Positions 48,201 to 64,000 of a stretch of DNA of 64,000 nt are shown here, in pieces. Made by a program: the position numbers and the translations under genes. Positions within the stretch are counted from its first letter, which is position 1; every line of letters starts with the position of its first letter. Source of the stretch: the human T2T-CHM13v2.0 reference genome, Homo sapiens; the NCBI RefSeq assembly GCF_009914755.1, contig NC_060931.1, one strand, 5' to 3'. The notes under the pieces were generated by a model, which saw nothing but the letters and a program-made list of their open reading frames with translations, had not been told where the DNA came from and searched no databases.

Positions 48201-49940
48201 AGTGGCCCCTCCGGGCCCAGCTCGTGCCTCGGCTTGGCCGCCTCAGGCCCAGCTCCTGCCTGTGGGCGGCCTCTCTCCAGACCCGGCTCTCGCCTCCCGG
48301 CATCCTCTCCAGGCCCAGAGCTGTTTCCAGTTGCTAGACCATTTTTGTGCCTGCCTCGTTGCAGCATCTCCAAGCCCAGCTTTTGCTTTTCTGCAGTTTC
48401 TTGAGGCCGAACTCCATTTTTCGAATGGCTTATTTAGGCCCAGCTCTTGCGTTTGCATTGTCCCTTCAGGCCCAGAACTTTCTCACGTCATCGTCACCAG
48501 GCCTAGCTTCTGCATCTGGTCAGCCTTTTAAGGCCCAGCTTTTGCCTCATAAACTCAGCTCCTGTTTAATGGCGGCCTCCCAGGTCCCACCTTCTGCCTT
48601 CCTGTGTCCACTCCAGGCCCAGCTACTGCCTTGGTGCTCTTTTTAAGTCAATAATTTTTTCCAGTCGACCTCTCCAGGCCCAACTTGTACCTCTGAGTGT
48701 CCTCTAGGATCTCAGCTTCTGCCTAACAATGACCTCTTTAGACTCAGCTCATTTTCACTGCTACATCTTCAAGCCATTCTCCTGCCTCTTGGCAACCTCT
48801 AGTGGCCCAGCTTCTGCCTCACAGCAGCCTCTCCATGCATGCCTAGCTCCTGCCTCTTTAGGGAACTTACAGGCCTAAAACTTTCTTAATTTGGGCTTCT
48901 CAGGCCCAGCTCCTGCCTTCTGTTGGCCTCTACAGGCCTGGCATCATCCTTTCAACAGCCTCTTTAGGCCCGGCCTCTCCAGGACCAAAACATCCTTAAG
49001 TCAACCTCACCAGGCCCGGCTCCTGTCTCCTTGCGGCCTCCAGAGGCCGAGCTTTTGCCTGCCAATGGCCTCTCTAGCCCCAGCTTTTGCCTGCCAATGG
49101 CCTCTCTAGCCCCAGCTTCTGCCTTTCATCGGTCTCTCCAGGCTTAGCTCCTTTCTCTTCACGGCCTCTGCAGGCCTAAAACTTCCTCAATTTGGCATCT
49201 CCAGGCCCAGCTCCTGCCTCCAGGCCGCCTCTGCAGGCCTATCTCAAGCCTTACAACAGCCTCTTTACCCCCAGCTCCTTTCTCCGACTTGTCTCTCCAG
49301 GCCTAGAACTTCCTCATGTTTACCTCACCAGGCCCACCTCCTGCCTTCCAGTAGCGTCTACAAGTTTGGCTCCTGCCTCCCATGGATCTCTCCAGGCCCC
49401 AAACTTTCTCAAGTCAACCTCACCAGGCCCGGCTTCTCCCTTTCATCAGCCTTCCAAAGGCCAGCTTTTGCTTCATGTCTGCCTTCCGAGTCCCAGCTCC
49501 TGTTTTATGGCAGCCTCCTGAGGCCCAGCTCCTGCCTCCTAGTGGCCTCTTTTGGCCCAACTCTTTCCTCACCAGGGCCTTCCAGACCACGTTCCTGCCT
49601 TTTAGCAGCCACTACAGGCCCAGCTTTGCGTCCTTTCAAGAGTCCTGCCTCACAGTGGCCTCCCAAGGGCAACTTTCTGCCTCATGTCAGCCTCTTGTGC
49701 CCTGGTCCTGCTTCCTGGTAGACTCTGCAGGCCCTGCTCCTGCCTTACGTTGCCCCTTTTATAAAGATCCAGTTCCTGCCTCCTGGCTGCCTCTATGAGC
49801 CCAAATCCTGCCTAACAACAACCTGTTTTTGCCCAGCTCCTGCTTCCTGGCAGCCTCCTTAGGCCAAAAATTTCCTTCAGTTGACCTCTCCAGGCCCAGC
49901 TCCTGCCTCTCAGCACCCTCTTTAGGCCCAGCTCCTGCCT
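45203..49940 (+). repeat. About 4.7 kb C-rich tandem array, about 32-bp monomer (CAGGCCCAGCTCCTGCCTCnnnGGCCTCTC) with an about 1.13 kb higher-order repeat
   Basis: CCCAGCTC at 46261 and 46293; exact 32-bp doublet at 49051/49083; higher-order markers at 45231/46386/47518 and 45880/47012/48134. Confidence 0.95.
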
Positions 49941-49941
49941 T

Positions 49942-49957
49942 AATAAATTTGAATAAA
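49942..49957 (+). terminator. Tandem polyadenylation signals
   Basis: AATAAA at 49942-49947 and 49952-49957, followed by TTGTTATGTGATTATTATGT. Confidence 0.7.
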
Positions 49958-50062
49958 TTATTGTTATGTGATTATTATGTGAAACATTTTTTCTTCAAAA
50001 GGTAATGAAAATTGAGGTAAAGTATAAAAGTCTAGCATATAAATTCCTCTATTGTCACCCTT

Positions 50063-50510
50063 CGTATTAGTCACAGTTCTCTAAAGGAGCAGAACTGTTA
50101 GGATAGATGTATATATATAAGGGAGTTTCTTAAGGGGTATTAACTCACAGGATCACAAGGTTCCACAATAGGCTGTCTGCAAGCTGAGGAGCAAGGAAGC
50201 CATTCTGAGTCCCAAACCTGAAGAACTTGGAGTCCGATGTTCTAGGGCAGGAACCATCCAGCATGGGAGAAAGATGTAGGCTCGGAGGCTAAGCCAGTCT
50301 CACCTCTTTATGTTCCTCTGCCTCATTTTTATTTTTGCCACACTGGCAGCTGATTAGATTGTGCCCACCTAGTTTAAGGGCGGGTCTGCCTTTCCCAGCC
50401 CCCTGACTCAAATGTTAATCTCCTTTGGCAACACCCTCACATACACACCCAGGAACAATACTTTGCATCCTTCAGTCCAATAGAGTTGACAGTCAATATT
50501 AACCATCACA
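50063..50510 (-). mobile_element. MLT2A 3' LTR
   Basis: Similar to 53019-53463; CTGCAAGCTGAGGAGCAAGGAAGCCA, CTGAAGAACTTGGAGTCCGATGTT, AATATTAACCATCACA. Confidence 0.93.
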
Positions 50511-53018
50511 AGTTCACCCCTTGTCAACTTTAACCCATACACATCTTCTGAAATTATACATAATCTTCAAATAAAGATAATAATAAGGTCATAATTGTGC
50601 CTAAGATAATAATAAAAGTATTCTTCATACAACTGGAAATGCACCAATCCTGAACCCAAATGCCCTTATATAAAACTAACACTTAGATGCTTATATGAAG
50701 TCAATATAAGTTATTCACACAATAAAGGAAAAAGGAAATGAAATATTCTTAGTACAAGCTTATATATGCACAAACATGTTTTTAACAAAAGGAGGAAATA
50801 CTCATGACAATTACAGTCCTCGTTTCTGTAGCTGGTCACATGGTCATAGCTGGTATTGATGACTGCCTTTTTCTATTACCCATTCTGTATTCTTTTTGCC
50901 TTCAGAAAGCATCTCAGCAGGTTTTTTCCTGGAGTGACCCAAGCCTTCATTCCTGAAGGGTCTGGGCCATTTGTAGTCCTGCCTGGGTTGGGCTGTTATA
51001 GTTTCCCATTGACCTTAATCACAGGGCATCTCCTGTATTCCATGCATATTCTTCCTTACCTCCATTGTGGAGTAGTAGACTGATTTCATCTTGATAGTCT
51101 GGGTCAATCATCCCAGAAGGTTGTAACTCCCTTCTTAGCCTGTTGATTTAAAAGTGGCAGGACCCCAAAGTGTCCAGGTGGCAATCGTAACTTCCAGTTT
51201 AATGGAATCGTTGTGTCTCCTGGTGGCAGCTTTCTTCCCTCTGGATCTAAGACCTCTAGACCAGCAGAATGTAATGTTGTGGGAACAGGTAGCCAAAATT
51301 TTCTAGTGGATCACTAGGGGTGATGGTGAGTGATGCCACTTCCACTTCCACCCCTTGATTCCTGGACCTGTGAATCCTGGCTATGGGATAAACAATGCCA
51401 TATATTGGATGCTGATTCAGAGCAGACATGGCCTTCTGGAGAAATTTGCCCCAGCCCCGCAGAGTATTATCACCTAGTTGGCATTGTAATTGTGACTTCA
51501 AAAGGCCATTCCACCATTCTATCAATCCAGCTGCTTCGGGATGGTGGGGAACATGGTGGGATCAGTGAATTCCAAGAGCATGAGCCCACTGTCACACTAG
51601 CTGTAAAGTGAGTGCCTTGGTCAGAGGCAATGCTGTGTGGAATACCATGACGGTGGATAAGGCATTCCGTGAATCCACAGATGGTAGTCTTAGCAGAAGC
51701 ATTGCGTGTAGGATAGGCAAACTCATATCTGGAGTGTCCATTCCAGGGAGGAGAAACCTCTGCCCTTTCCATGATGGAAGAAGTCCAATATAATCAATCT
51801 GCCACCATGTAGCTGTGTGATCACCCAAGGAATGATGCCATATCAAGGGCTCAGTGTTGGGCACTGCTGCTGGAAAATGGGGCACTCAGCAGTGGCTGTA
51901 GCCAGGTCTGCCTTGGTGAGTGAAAGTCCATGTTGCTGAGAAAGTCTATCCCTGCCACCATGGCCACTTTGTTTATGAGCCCATTGGGCGATGGCAGTGG
52001 TGACTGGGGAAAAGGCTGAGTGGTGTCTACAGAATGAGGCACCCTGTCCACTTGATTATTAAAATCCTCCTCCGCTGAGGTCACCCTTTGGTGAGCACTC
52101 ACATGAGATACAAATATCTTGACTGTTTCTGACCACTCAGAGAGGTCCATCCACATACTTCCCCAAATTTCTTTGTCACCAGTTTTCCAATCATGCTTCT
52201 TCCAAGTCCCTGGCCATAGAGCCAAACCATTGGCTACAGCCCATGAGTCAGTATATAATCGCACACCTGGCCATTTCCTTCCATGCAAAGTGCACAACCA
52301 GGTGCACTGCTTGAAGTTCTGTCCACTGGAAAGATTTTTCTTCACTGCTGTCCATAAGGGATGTCCCAGAAAGGGGCTGTAGTGCTGCAGCTGTCCATTT
52401 TTGGGTGGTGCCTGCATATCGTGCAGAACCACCTGTGAACCAGCCCCTAGTCTTCTCTTCCTCTGTCAACTGATCATAGGGAACTCCCCATGAGGCCATC
52501 ATTTCAGGCTGGGGAAGAGAAGATAGGGTGGCAGGAGTGGAGACCACGAGCATTTGAGCCACTTCCTCATGTAACTTACTTGTGCCTTCAGGACCAGCTG
52601 GAGCCCGATCACATATATACCACCTCCATCTGATGATGGAATGCTGCTGTGCACGACCCACTTTATGGCTAGGTGGGTCAGAAAACACCAGTTCATGACA
52701 GGTAGTTCAGGTCTCATGGTGACTTGATGACCCATAGTCAAATGTTCAGTTTCCACCAAAGCCCAGTAATAAGTGAAGAGCTGTCTCTCAAAAGGAGAGT
52801 AGTTATATGCAGAAGATGGCAGGGCCTTGCTCCAAAATCCTAGAGGCCTATGGGGGTCTGCCAGAGGCTCCAAACACCATCCCTATCTGCCACTGACACC
52901 TCAAGCACCACTGGGTCCGCTGGGTCATATGGCCCAAGTGGCAGAGCAGCTTGCACAGTGGACTGGACCTGTTGCAGAGCCTTCTCCTGTTCTGGACCCC
53001 ACTTCTGGTACCAAAATG

Positions 53019-53463
53019 TGTATTAGGGTCCAGGGTCCACTAAAGGGACAGAACTAATAGAATATATATATATATATATGAATTTATTAAGGGGTATTAA
53101 CTCAATCACAAGGTCCCATCACAGGCCATCTGCAAGCTGAGGAGCAAGGAAGCCAGTTTGAGTTCCAAAGCTGAAGAACTTGGAGTCCGATGTTTGAAGG
53201 CAGGAACCATCCAGCACAGGAGAAAGATGTAGGCTCAGAGGCTAAGCCAGTCTAATCTCTTCACGTTCTTCTGCCTACTTTTTATTGTGGCCTCGCTGGC
53301 AGCTGATTAGATGGTGCCCACCTGGATTGAGGGTAGGTCTGCGTCTCCCAGTCCACTGACTCAAATGTTAATCTCCTTTGGCAACACCCTCACAGACACA
53401 CCCAAGAACAATACTTTGCATCCTTCAATCCAATCAAGTTGACACTCAATATTAACCATCACA
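53019..53463 (-). mobile_element. MLT2A 5' LTR
   Basis: TGTATTAG...AATATTAACCATCACA; adjacent to the PBS. Confidence 0.93.
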
Positions 53464-54206
53464 CCCCTCCTCCTTTCCCCAATTCCCACCACAAAAGCAT
53501 AATAATTTGTCCAAAGAGTCCTACACTTAGTCCTTCTCTGAACAAAATGCCGGGTGGTTGTAGGCTGAGTGTCACTCCTTTATCACGTCTCCTCAGTTTT
53601 TTTTTTTATTTTTGAGACAGGGTTTCCCTCTTGCCCAGGCTGGAGTGCAGTGACACAATCCTAGCTCACTCTAGCCTTCAATCCTGGGTTCCAAATGATC
53701 CTCCCCCTTCCGCCTCCTGAGTAGCTGGGACTACAGCTACTTAACCACTATGAACCACTTCTGGCTCATTTTTAAATTTTTTATAGATACGGGGTCTCAC
53801 TAGATTGCTCAGGCTGATGTGGAACTCCTGGCCTCAAGCGATCTGCCCACCACAACCTGGTTCAAGCGATTCTGCCTCTGCCTCCCAAGTAGCTGGGATT
53901 ACAAGTGCGCACAACCATGCCCAGCTAACTTTTGTATTTTTAGTAGAGATGGGGTTTCACCATGTTAGCCAGGATGGTCTCGATCTCCTGACCTCGGCCT
54001 CCCAAAGTGCTGGGATTACAGACATGACAGTGTTTTAATTGCCCATTTTAATTTTCAATTAACCTGAGAGTTTGAGAGTGATAAAGAATGTGATAAGTCC
54101 ATCGAATATGCTGGTTCTTTGCTCATTGTTGCTCGGCATGGGCTGTGGATTGAGTGTCTTGATCTGGGAAAACGTAACTGAGAGTGCCAAACCAATATGG
54201 CTATCA

Positions 54207-54350
<144 letters not shown>

Positions 54351-55455
54351 TTAGCTAGGCTTGGTGGCATGCACTGGTAGTGCCAGCTACTCAAGAGGCT
54401 GAAGTGGGAGGATCGCCTGAGCCTCTGAAGTTGAGGCTGCAGTAAGCTGTGATTGCACCTCTGTACTCCTGCCTGGGCAACAGGTGATACCCTGCCTGTA
54501 AAAACTAAAAATAATTAAAAAATAAAAACAAAGCCAAACTCAGAGTATGCATGCAGACCTGTCGGTGTCCATTTAATTTCTCTTGGAAAAATGGGTAAAG
54601 GGCCAGTATCATCTACTTGCCAGCTGTGGGCTGGACTTCCTCCCCAGGAAATACTCCCAGACCTAACTGCAAACATAACCTTTTCTGTTGGTAAACAGAG
54701 CAATGTTTAGTAAACATTTGAACTTCTGCAGGGAAAGTACTACATGGTGCTCAGCCCCTCACTTCATGGCACGAGTGCCCCGGGCCCACTCATTTTATGG
54801 ACCCACATTGCTACTTTATGAGATTGAAGTAGGGCAGGTGCAGTTGCTCAAGCCTGTAATCCCAGTACTTTGGGAAGCTGAAGCAGTAGAATTGCTTGAG
54901 GTCAGGAGTTTGAGACCAGCCTGGGCAACATAGGGAGACCCCATCTCTACTAAAAAAAAAAAAATTAGCTGGGTGTGGTGGCACATGCCTGTGGTCCCAG
55001 CTACTTGGGAGCCTGAGATGGGAGGATCTACTTGAATTTGGAAGGTTGAAGCTGCAGTGAGCTGTGATGGTGCTACTGCACTCCAGCCTGGGCAACAGAG
55101 CAAGACCCTGCCTCAAAAATAAATAAATAAAATGAACTAAGGGGCCAGGTGCAGTGGCTCATGCCTGTAATCCCAGTACTTTGGGAGGCCGAGGCAGGTA
55201 GATCGTTTGAGGTAAGGAGTTTGAGACCAGCCTGGCCAACATGATGAAACCTTGTCTCCACTAAAATACAAAAGTTAGCAGGATGTGGTGGTGCATGCCT
55301 GCAATCCCAACTATTCAGGAGGCTGAGCCAGGAGAATCACTTGAACCCAGGAGGCGGAGGTTGCAGTGAGCCAAGATCGCTCCACTGCACTCCAGCCTAA
55401 GTGACAGAGTGAGACTCCATCTCATAAAAAAATAAACTAGGTATTCACTTGTTGA

Positions 55456-55810
<355 letters not shown>

Positions 55811-58215
55811 TGAGACTATAGGCATGAGCCACTGCACCTGGTCTCACTTGCCTTTTAAATTCCCATGGAGGTTTCCCAAGGGCAGTAGTCCACAAGGGGA
55901 TGCATTGTATTCTCCAGTAACGTAAGAACCCACTTAAGCCACATTGCAAGTCCACTGACAAGTGTCAATCTGCAGCCAACCAATGGGTCCTTTATCTGTG
56001 TCCAGTTCATCAATTACTGCGCTGAATATAGCCCCTGGGTCAGCTTGTGTTTGCCAATCTCCTGGACTCAGGTAGCAGCTCTCCATGTTGATCTATGGCC
56101 TGTGATTCTGAAACTGTAATCTGTGGGCCAGCCAGTTGCCTGGAATCCTCTGGCAATTGGTTGAACAGAGGGGTACATATGGCAATAGTAGCAGGCAGGT
56201 CCCTGGACATCTCTAGAGTAAGTCCTAGGAGGAGAGGCTATTTGTTCCTGAATATATTTATTTTTTAAAAAATTTTTAATATATATTTTTTGAGACAGAG
56301 TCGCACTCTGTCACCTCAGCTCGAGTGCAGTGGCATGATCTTGGCTCACTGCAACCTCTGCCTCCTGGGTTCAAGTGATTCTCATGCCTCAGTCTTCTGA
56401 GTAGCTGGGATTACAGGCGTGTACCACCATGCTCACCTAACTTCTGTATTTTGTTAGAGATAGGGTTCCACCATGTTGGCCAGGCTGGTCTTAAACTCCT
56501 GACCTCAGGTGATCTTCCCGCTTTGGCCTCCCAAAGTGCTGGGATTACAGGCATGAGCCACAATACATGGCCGATGTTTGTTTGTTTATCCATTTATTTG
56601 AGACCGGCTCTGTCACCCAGGTTGGAGTGCAGTGGCATGATCTCGGCTCACTGCAACCATCGTCTCCTGGGTTCAAGCGATTATCTTGCCTCAGCCTCCC
56701 AAGTGGCTGAGATTACAGGTGCATGCCACCACACCTGGCTAATTTTTTGTATTTTTAGTAGAGACAGGGTTTCACCATGTTGGCCAGGCTGGTTTCGAAC
56801 TCCTGACCTCAAGTTATCTGCCTGCCTTGGCCTCCCAAAGTGCTGGGATTACAGGCATGAGCCGCTGCACCTCGCCAATGTTTATTTATTTATTTTTTAG
56901 AGACAGGGCCTCCCTCTGTTGCCCAGGCTGGAGTGCAATGAGGCAGTCATGGCTCACTGCAGCCTCAACCTCCTGCTTGCCTCAAGTGGGATCCTCCTGC
57001 CTCAGCCTCCTGAGTAGCTAGGACCACAGACATGTGCTACCACGCCTGGCTAAGTTTTTTTATTTCCTTAATTCTCTTATTTTCTTCAAGATGGGGTCCC
57101 GCTCTGTTGCCCAGGCTTGTCTCAAACTCCTAGCCTCAAACGATCCTCTCATCTCAGCCTCCCAAGTTGTTGGGACTACAGGCATGAGTCATCATGCCTA
57201 GCAAGCAGCTATAGGCTTTTGCTAGAGAATCAGCTGCCATGAGTGTGGGTGGCCAACACTTCTCATGTTATTTTAGTGGTGGGATCATATTCTAATAGAA
57301 TACGTTGGGCTACAATTTTCTGCAGACCTAAGAAGCTGTTCCAGCCAATCAAAGATGATCCCTTTTCTGGATGATTTTATATACTGAGGCCGAGTAAGGA
57401 ATATGAGTCTCCAAAAGCCACATAGGCCCACTAGGCATTTAGCTTCTTGTTTACTCTGAGGGGTGGGGAGAGACATTGTATTCCAAGTTGTCTGCATGTG
57501 GTAGGTCATAGGTCACTGAAAGCCATGTAATTCTTCCCGAATTGCAGTCTGTGTGGGTCTTGGATTTTTGCAGTTCATTAACCATCCCTAATCTGATTAT
57601 GAGCTTAATAAAGTTGTTTTAGGCTGAGTGAGGTGACTCACGCTTGTAATCCCAGCACTTTGGGAGGCTGAGGCGAGAAGATCGCTTGAGCCCAGGAATT
57701 TGACACCAGCCTGGGCAACATAGTGAGACTCCATCTCTAAATAAATAAATAAATAAATAAATATGATTGCTTTTAGCTTAACCCATAATCTCCCAGAAAA
57801 TCATATCATCAATATAGCATACTAGAATAATGTCCAGTTATATTAGCTCTATGTCTCACCTTACCAGCTTGTGACAGTATGCAAGAGAGTTCAAATATCT
57901 TTCAAGAGCACATGTATATTGTAGACTATCGCACATAAATGCAAATTATTATTGGCTGTCTAGCAACTGACATGGAGCAAAATTGACTAGCCAGATCAGC
58001 TGTGGAATACCAGTCACTTCACTTTCAGTTTGCTGTGTAAGTTGCATAGTCTGCACCATATTCCGGGCCTCTGAGGCTACTTGGGGTTGCTGTTTGGTTG
58101 AATCCCCTGTAGTCTACCATGAGTCTCTATGATCTGTCAGCCTCTCACACTGGCCACACCAGGGTGTCATACAGTGAGTTTGTGCATACTATTTGTATAT
58201 ACATTTTATTCGTAA

Positions 58216-58668
<453 letters not shown>

Positions 58669-58676
58669 TTCCTTAA

Positions 58677-59123
<447 letters not shown>

Positions 59124-59839
59124 TGAGCCACCGCGCCCAGCCTCACTTCAGCTCTTTAAGTAGCTGGGATTACAGGCGCCTGCCACCACACCCGGCTAAT
59201 TTTTGTATTTTTTGTAGAGATGGGGTTTTGCCATGTTACCCAGGCTGGTCTTGAACTCCTGGCCTCAAGTGACCCTCCTCGGCCTCCCAAAGCGCGGGAT
59301 TACATGCGTGAACCACTGTGCCTGGCCCAGGTCTCTGATACAGTTTCAGACGTACTATGTGAATTGGCTTGGGTAATGGTAAAGGCTCTCATTTTTGCAT
59401 GTCCAATTGGAGAAAGATGTACATGTCATTCCTTATTTCATTTTACTCAGCAGGGAAAGAAGTTTCCATTCAGACATTATTATCCATACCCTTATTAGCA
59501 TTCAGGTAAAGGAGACACTGTCACAATATACATTATACATTTTTTAAAAATGACACATTCCAACTTTGAACCAGACTTTACCTTTGATCCCTATCACAGT
59601 GGCTTCCCCATACAGCCCTGAATCAATTCTGCGGCCCTTAAGCTCATTAGTAGGCCTAGGCAATACTCTCCACTGTGTTCCTGTCAAGGTAAACTTGAAA
59701 GAGTTTCTTCTCAATCTTGACCATTTCCCACACATGTTTGTGAAAGGCCTCAGGAACCCCACTGGGAGCTGGATCACGAGGTTCAGTCCTTCTTGTCGAT
59801 CTTCTTTCACTATTACCACATTGATTCTTTTTTTGATAA

Positions 59840-60226
<387 letters not shown>

Positions 60227-60316
60227 TAAATAAAAATTTGCAAGTATGGAACAAGGGACTACTGACTTAATAGTAAAAGTGGGGGATGGATGCGATGGCT
60301 CACACCTGTAATCCTA

Positions 60317-60661
<345 letters not shown>

Positions 60662-60879
60662 TCAGAACTGTATATGCTAAGGAGTTTGAGGAGACTTCAC
60701 GGTGGGAACCCCAGATTCCTAGAAAATTATCTCAAAGTTTTGTAGGCTCTTTGTCAATTTCCTTCTTTTTCATGCCATTTAAAAATTAACTGTCTAAGGA
60801 TTTCCACATGATTAGAGCCTATATTTTTATCCCTTTTCTTGTTTTGGTTTTATTTCTTTTGTAAAGCCTTAACCTTAAA

Positions 60880-62480
<1,601 letters not shown>

Positions 62481-62729
62481 ATGTAATCTTTTTTTAAAAA
62501 AAGAATTTTACAATCCAGCTGGACATGGTAGCTCACACGTATAATCCCAGCTCTTTGGGAAGCTGAGTAAGGAGGATTGCTTAAGGCCAGAAGCTCAAAA
62601 CCAGCTTGGGCAACACAGTGAGACCTTGTCTCTATTTAAAAAGGTTTCTTTTTTTTTTTTTTTTTTTTTACTGGACTCGGGCTCACACCTGTAATCCCAA
62701 CAGTTTGGGAGGCCAAGGTGGGCAGATCA

Positions 62730-63020
<291 letters not shown>

Positions 63021-64000
63021 TTACATTCTCCTACGGTCTCAATCACTAAGTCATATATGGTGCCATTGGTGGTGGGGCTCCTTTAATTACATTATCAGTC
63101 CTAGCCTGGTAAGGGACATCTCATTAGGAAGTTTGGTTCCATCATTATATACACAATTCAATACTGCCTGCACTTGCAGATAATGTCACACCCATTACAA
63201 CAAGGAAGATAATTCAAATGGTGCAAGATAACAAAAGAGGGCAAGAATCATGGAAATAAGAGGGTATTCAGTGAAGGAACTGAGCCATTGTGTTGAACAT
63301 TACAGGCTTCACCTGATAAACTTTTGTTAAAGATGGCTGGGTGTGGTGGCTCATGCCTGTAATCCCAGCACTTTGGGAGGTGGAAGTGAGCGGATCACTT
63401 GAGCCCAGGAGTTTGAGACCAGCCTGAGCAATTTGGGGGAAACCCCATTTCTGTGAAAAATATGAAAATTAGCTGGGCACGATGGTGCACATCTGTGGTC
63501 CCAGCTACTCAGGAGGCTGAGACAGGAGGATCACTTCAGCTTGGGAGGCCGAGTCTGCAGTGAGCCATGATCATGCGACTGCACTCCAGCTTGGGTGACA
63601 GAGCAAGACCTTGTCTCAAAAGCAAGAACAACAAAACTTTATTACCTTTAAAGCACCCTGTACTCCTCCCCCATCCCATTCCCCTAACACTTAACATGAA
63701 GTTTATACATCTTTTTCTCATGCTTCATGTCAGTTCAAACAATTATGTATGCATCTCTAAACAATATGTTATGAACTTGCCTGTTTTGAATTTTACATAA
63801 TGGAAATATGTAGCAGTGTACCATTTTGTGATTTGGTCCCTGCCAATATAGTCTGCAATTGACTACCATAATTGTGTGAGCTGTATTAAATAATTTTCAC
63901 TGGTCTTTTGTACCCGATTAAACACGAAGATGGGCCAGGCGTGGCAGCTCACACCTGTAATCCCAGATCCTCCCGAGGTGGGAGGATCACTTGGGTCCAG

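Larger units (their letters stand above)
50063..53463 (-). mobile_element. HERV-L provirus, internally deleted, with two MLT2A LTRs
   Basis: LTRs at 53019-53463 (5') and 50063-50510 (3'); PBS TGGTACCAGAAGTGG; PPT AAGGGGTGAACT before the 3' LTR; TSD CCCTT/CCCCT; broken ORFs with RNaseH (FTGGSARYAGT, YTDSWAVANG), integrase (WWQIDYIGLLP, SDQGTHFT) and dUTPase (GHFG, IDPDYQDEI) remnants. Confidence 0.95.

Noticed and set aside
45224-49798. Many overlapping Pro/Ser/Ala/Arg-rich ORFs of 100-205 aa on both strands
   Set aside because: Expected from a GC-rich, stop-poor tandem repeat; frames are not preserved between higher-order copies and no domain is recognisable.
51256-53057. HERV-L pol ORFs as coding genes
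   Set aside because: Fragmented by frameshifts and stops; gag, pro and the RT core are deleted.

Overview
Hominid (most likely human) genomic DNA, extremely Alu-rich, with no intact protein-coding gene. It looks like a segmental-duplication mosaic. It contains five unprocessed GTF2I-derived pseudo-exons on + with canonical splice sites, a U6 snRNA retrocopy, an RPL31 processed pseudogene and a 5'-truncated SVA. It also has MaLR solo LTRs, MER58A and MER1A DNA transposons, an internally deleted HERV-L provirus with two MLT2A LTRs, and an older Alu-shattered ERVL-class pol region. A ~4.7 kb C-rich tandem array (about 32-bp monomer, about 1.13 kb higher-order repeat) ends in two AATAAA signals and probably forms the terminal exon of a lncRNA. 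From memory only, and unverified, this arrangement matches human 7q11.21 (GTF2IP23, LINC02604, RPL31P38, upstream of TMEM248). The most notable observation is that the window holds two diverged copies of the same block. One copy carries an intact MER1A; in the other, the MER1A breaks off at its GCCTCCTG-type motif and turns into the tandem array, suggesting a transposon-seeded origin for this repeat family. Repeat family names come from recalled consensus features, coordinates of old repeats are approximate, and only representative Alus are listed.
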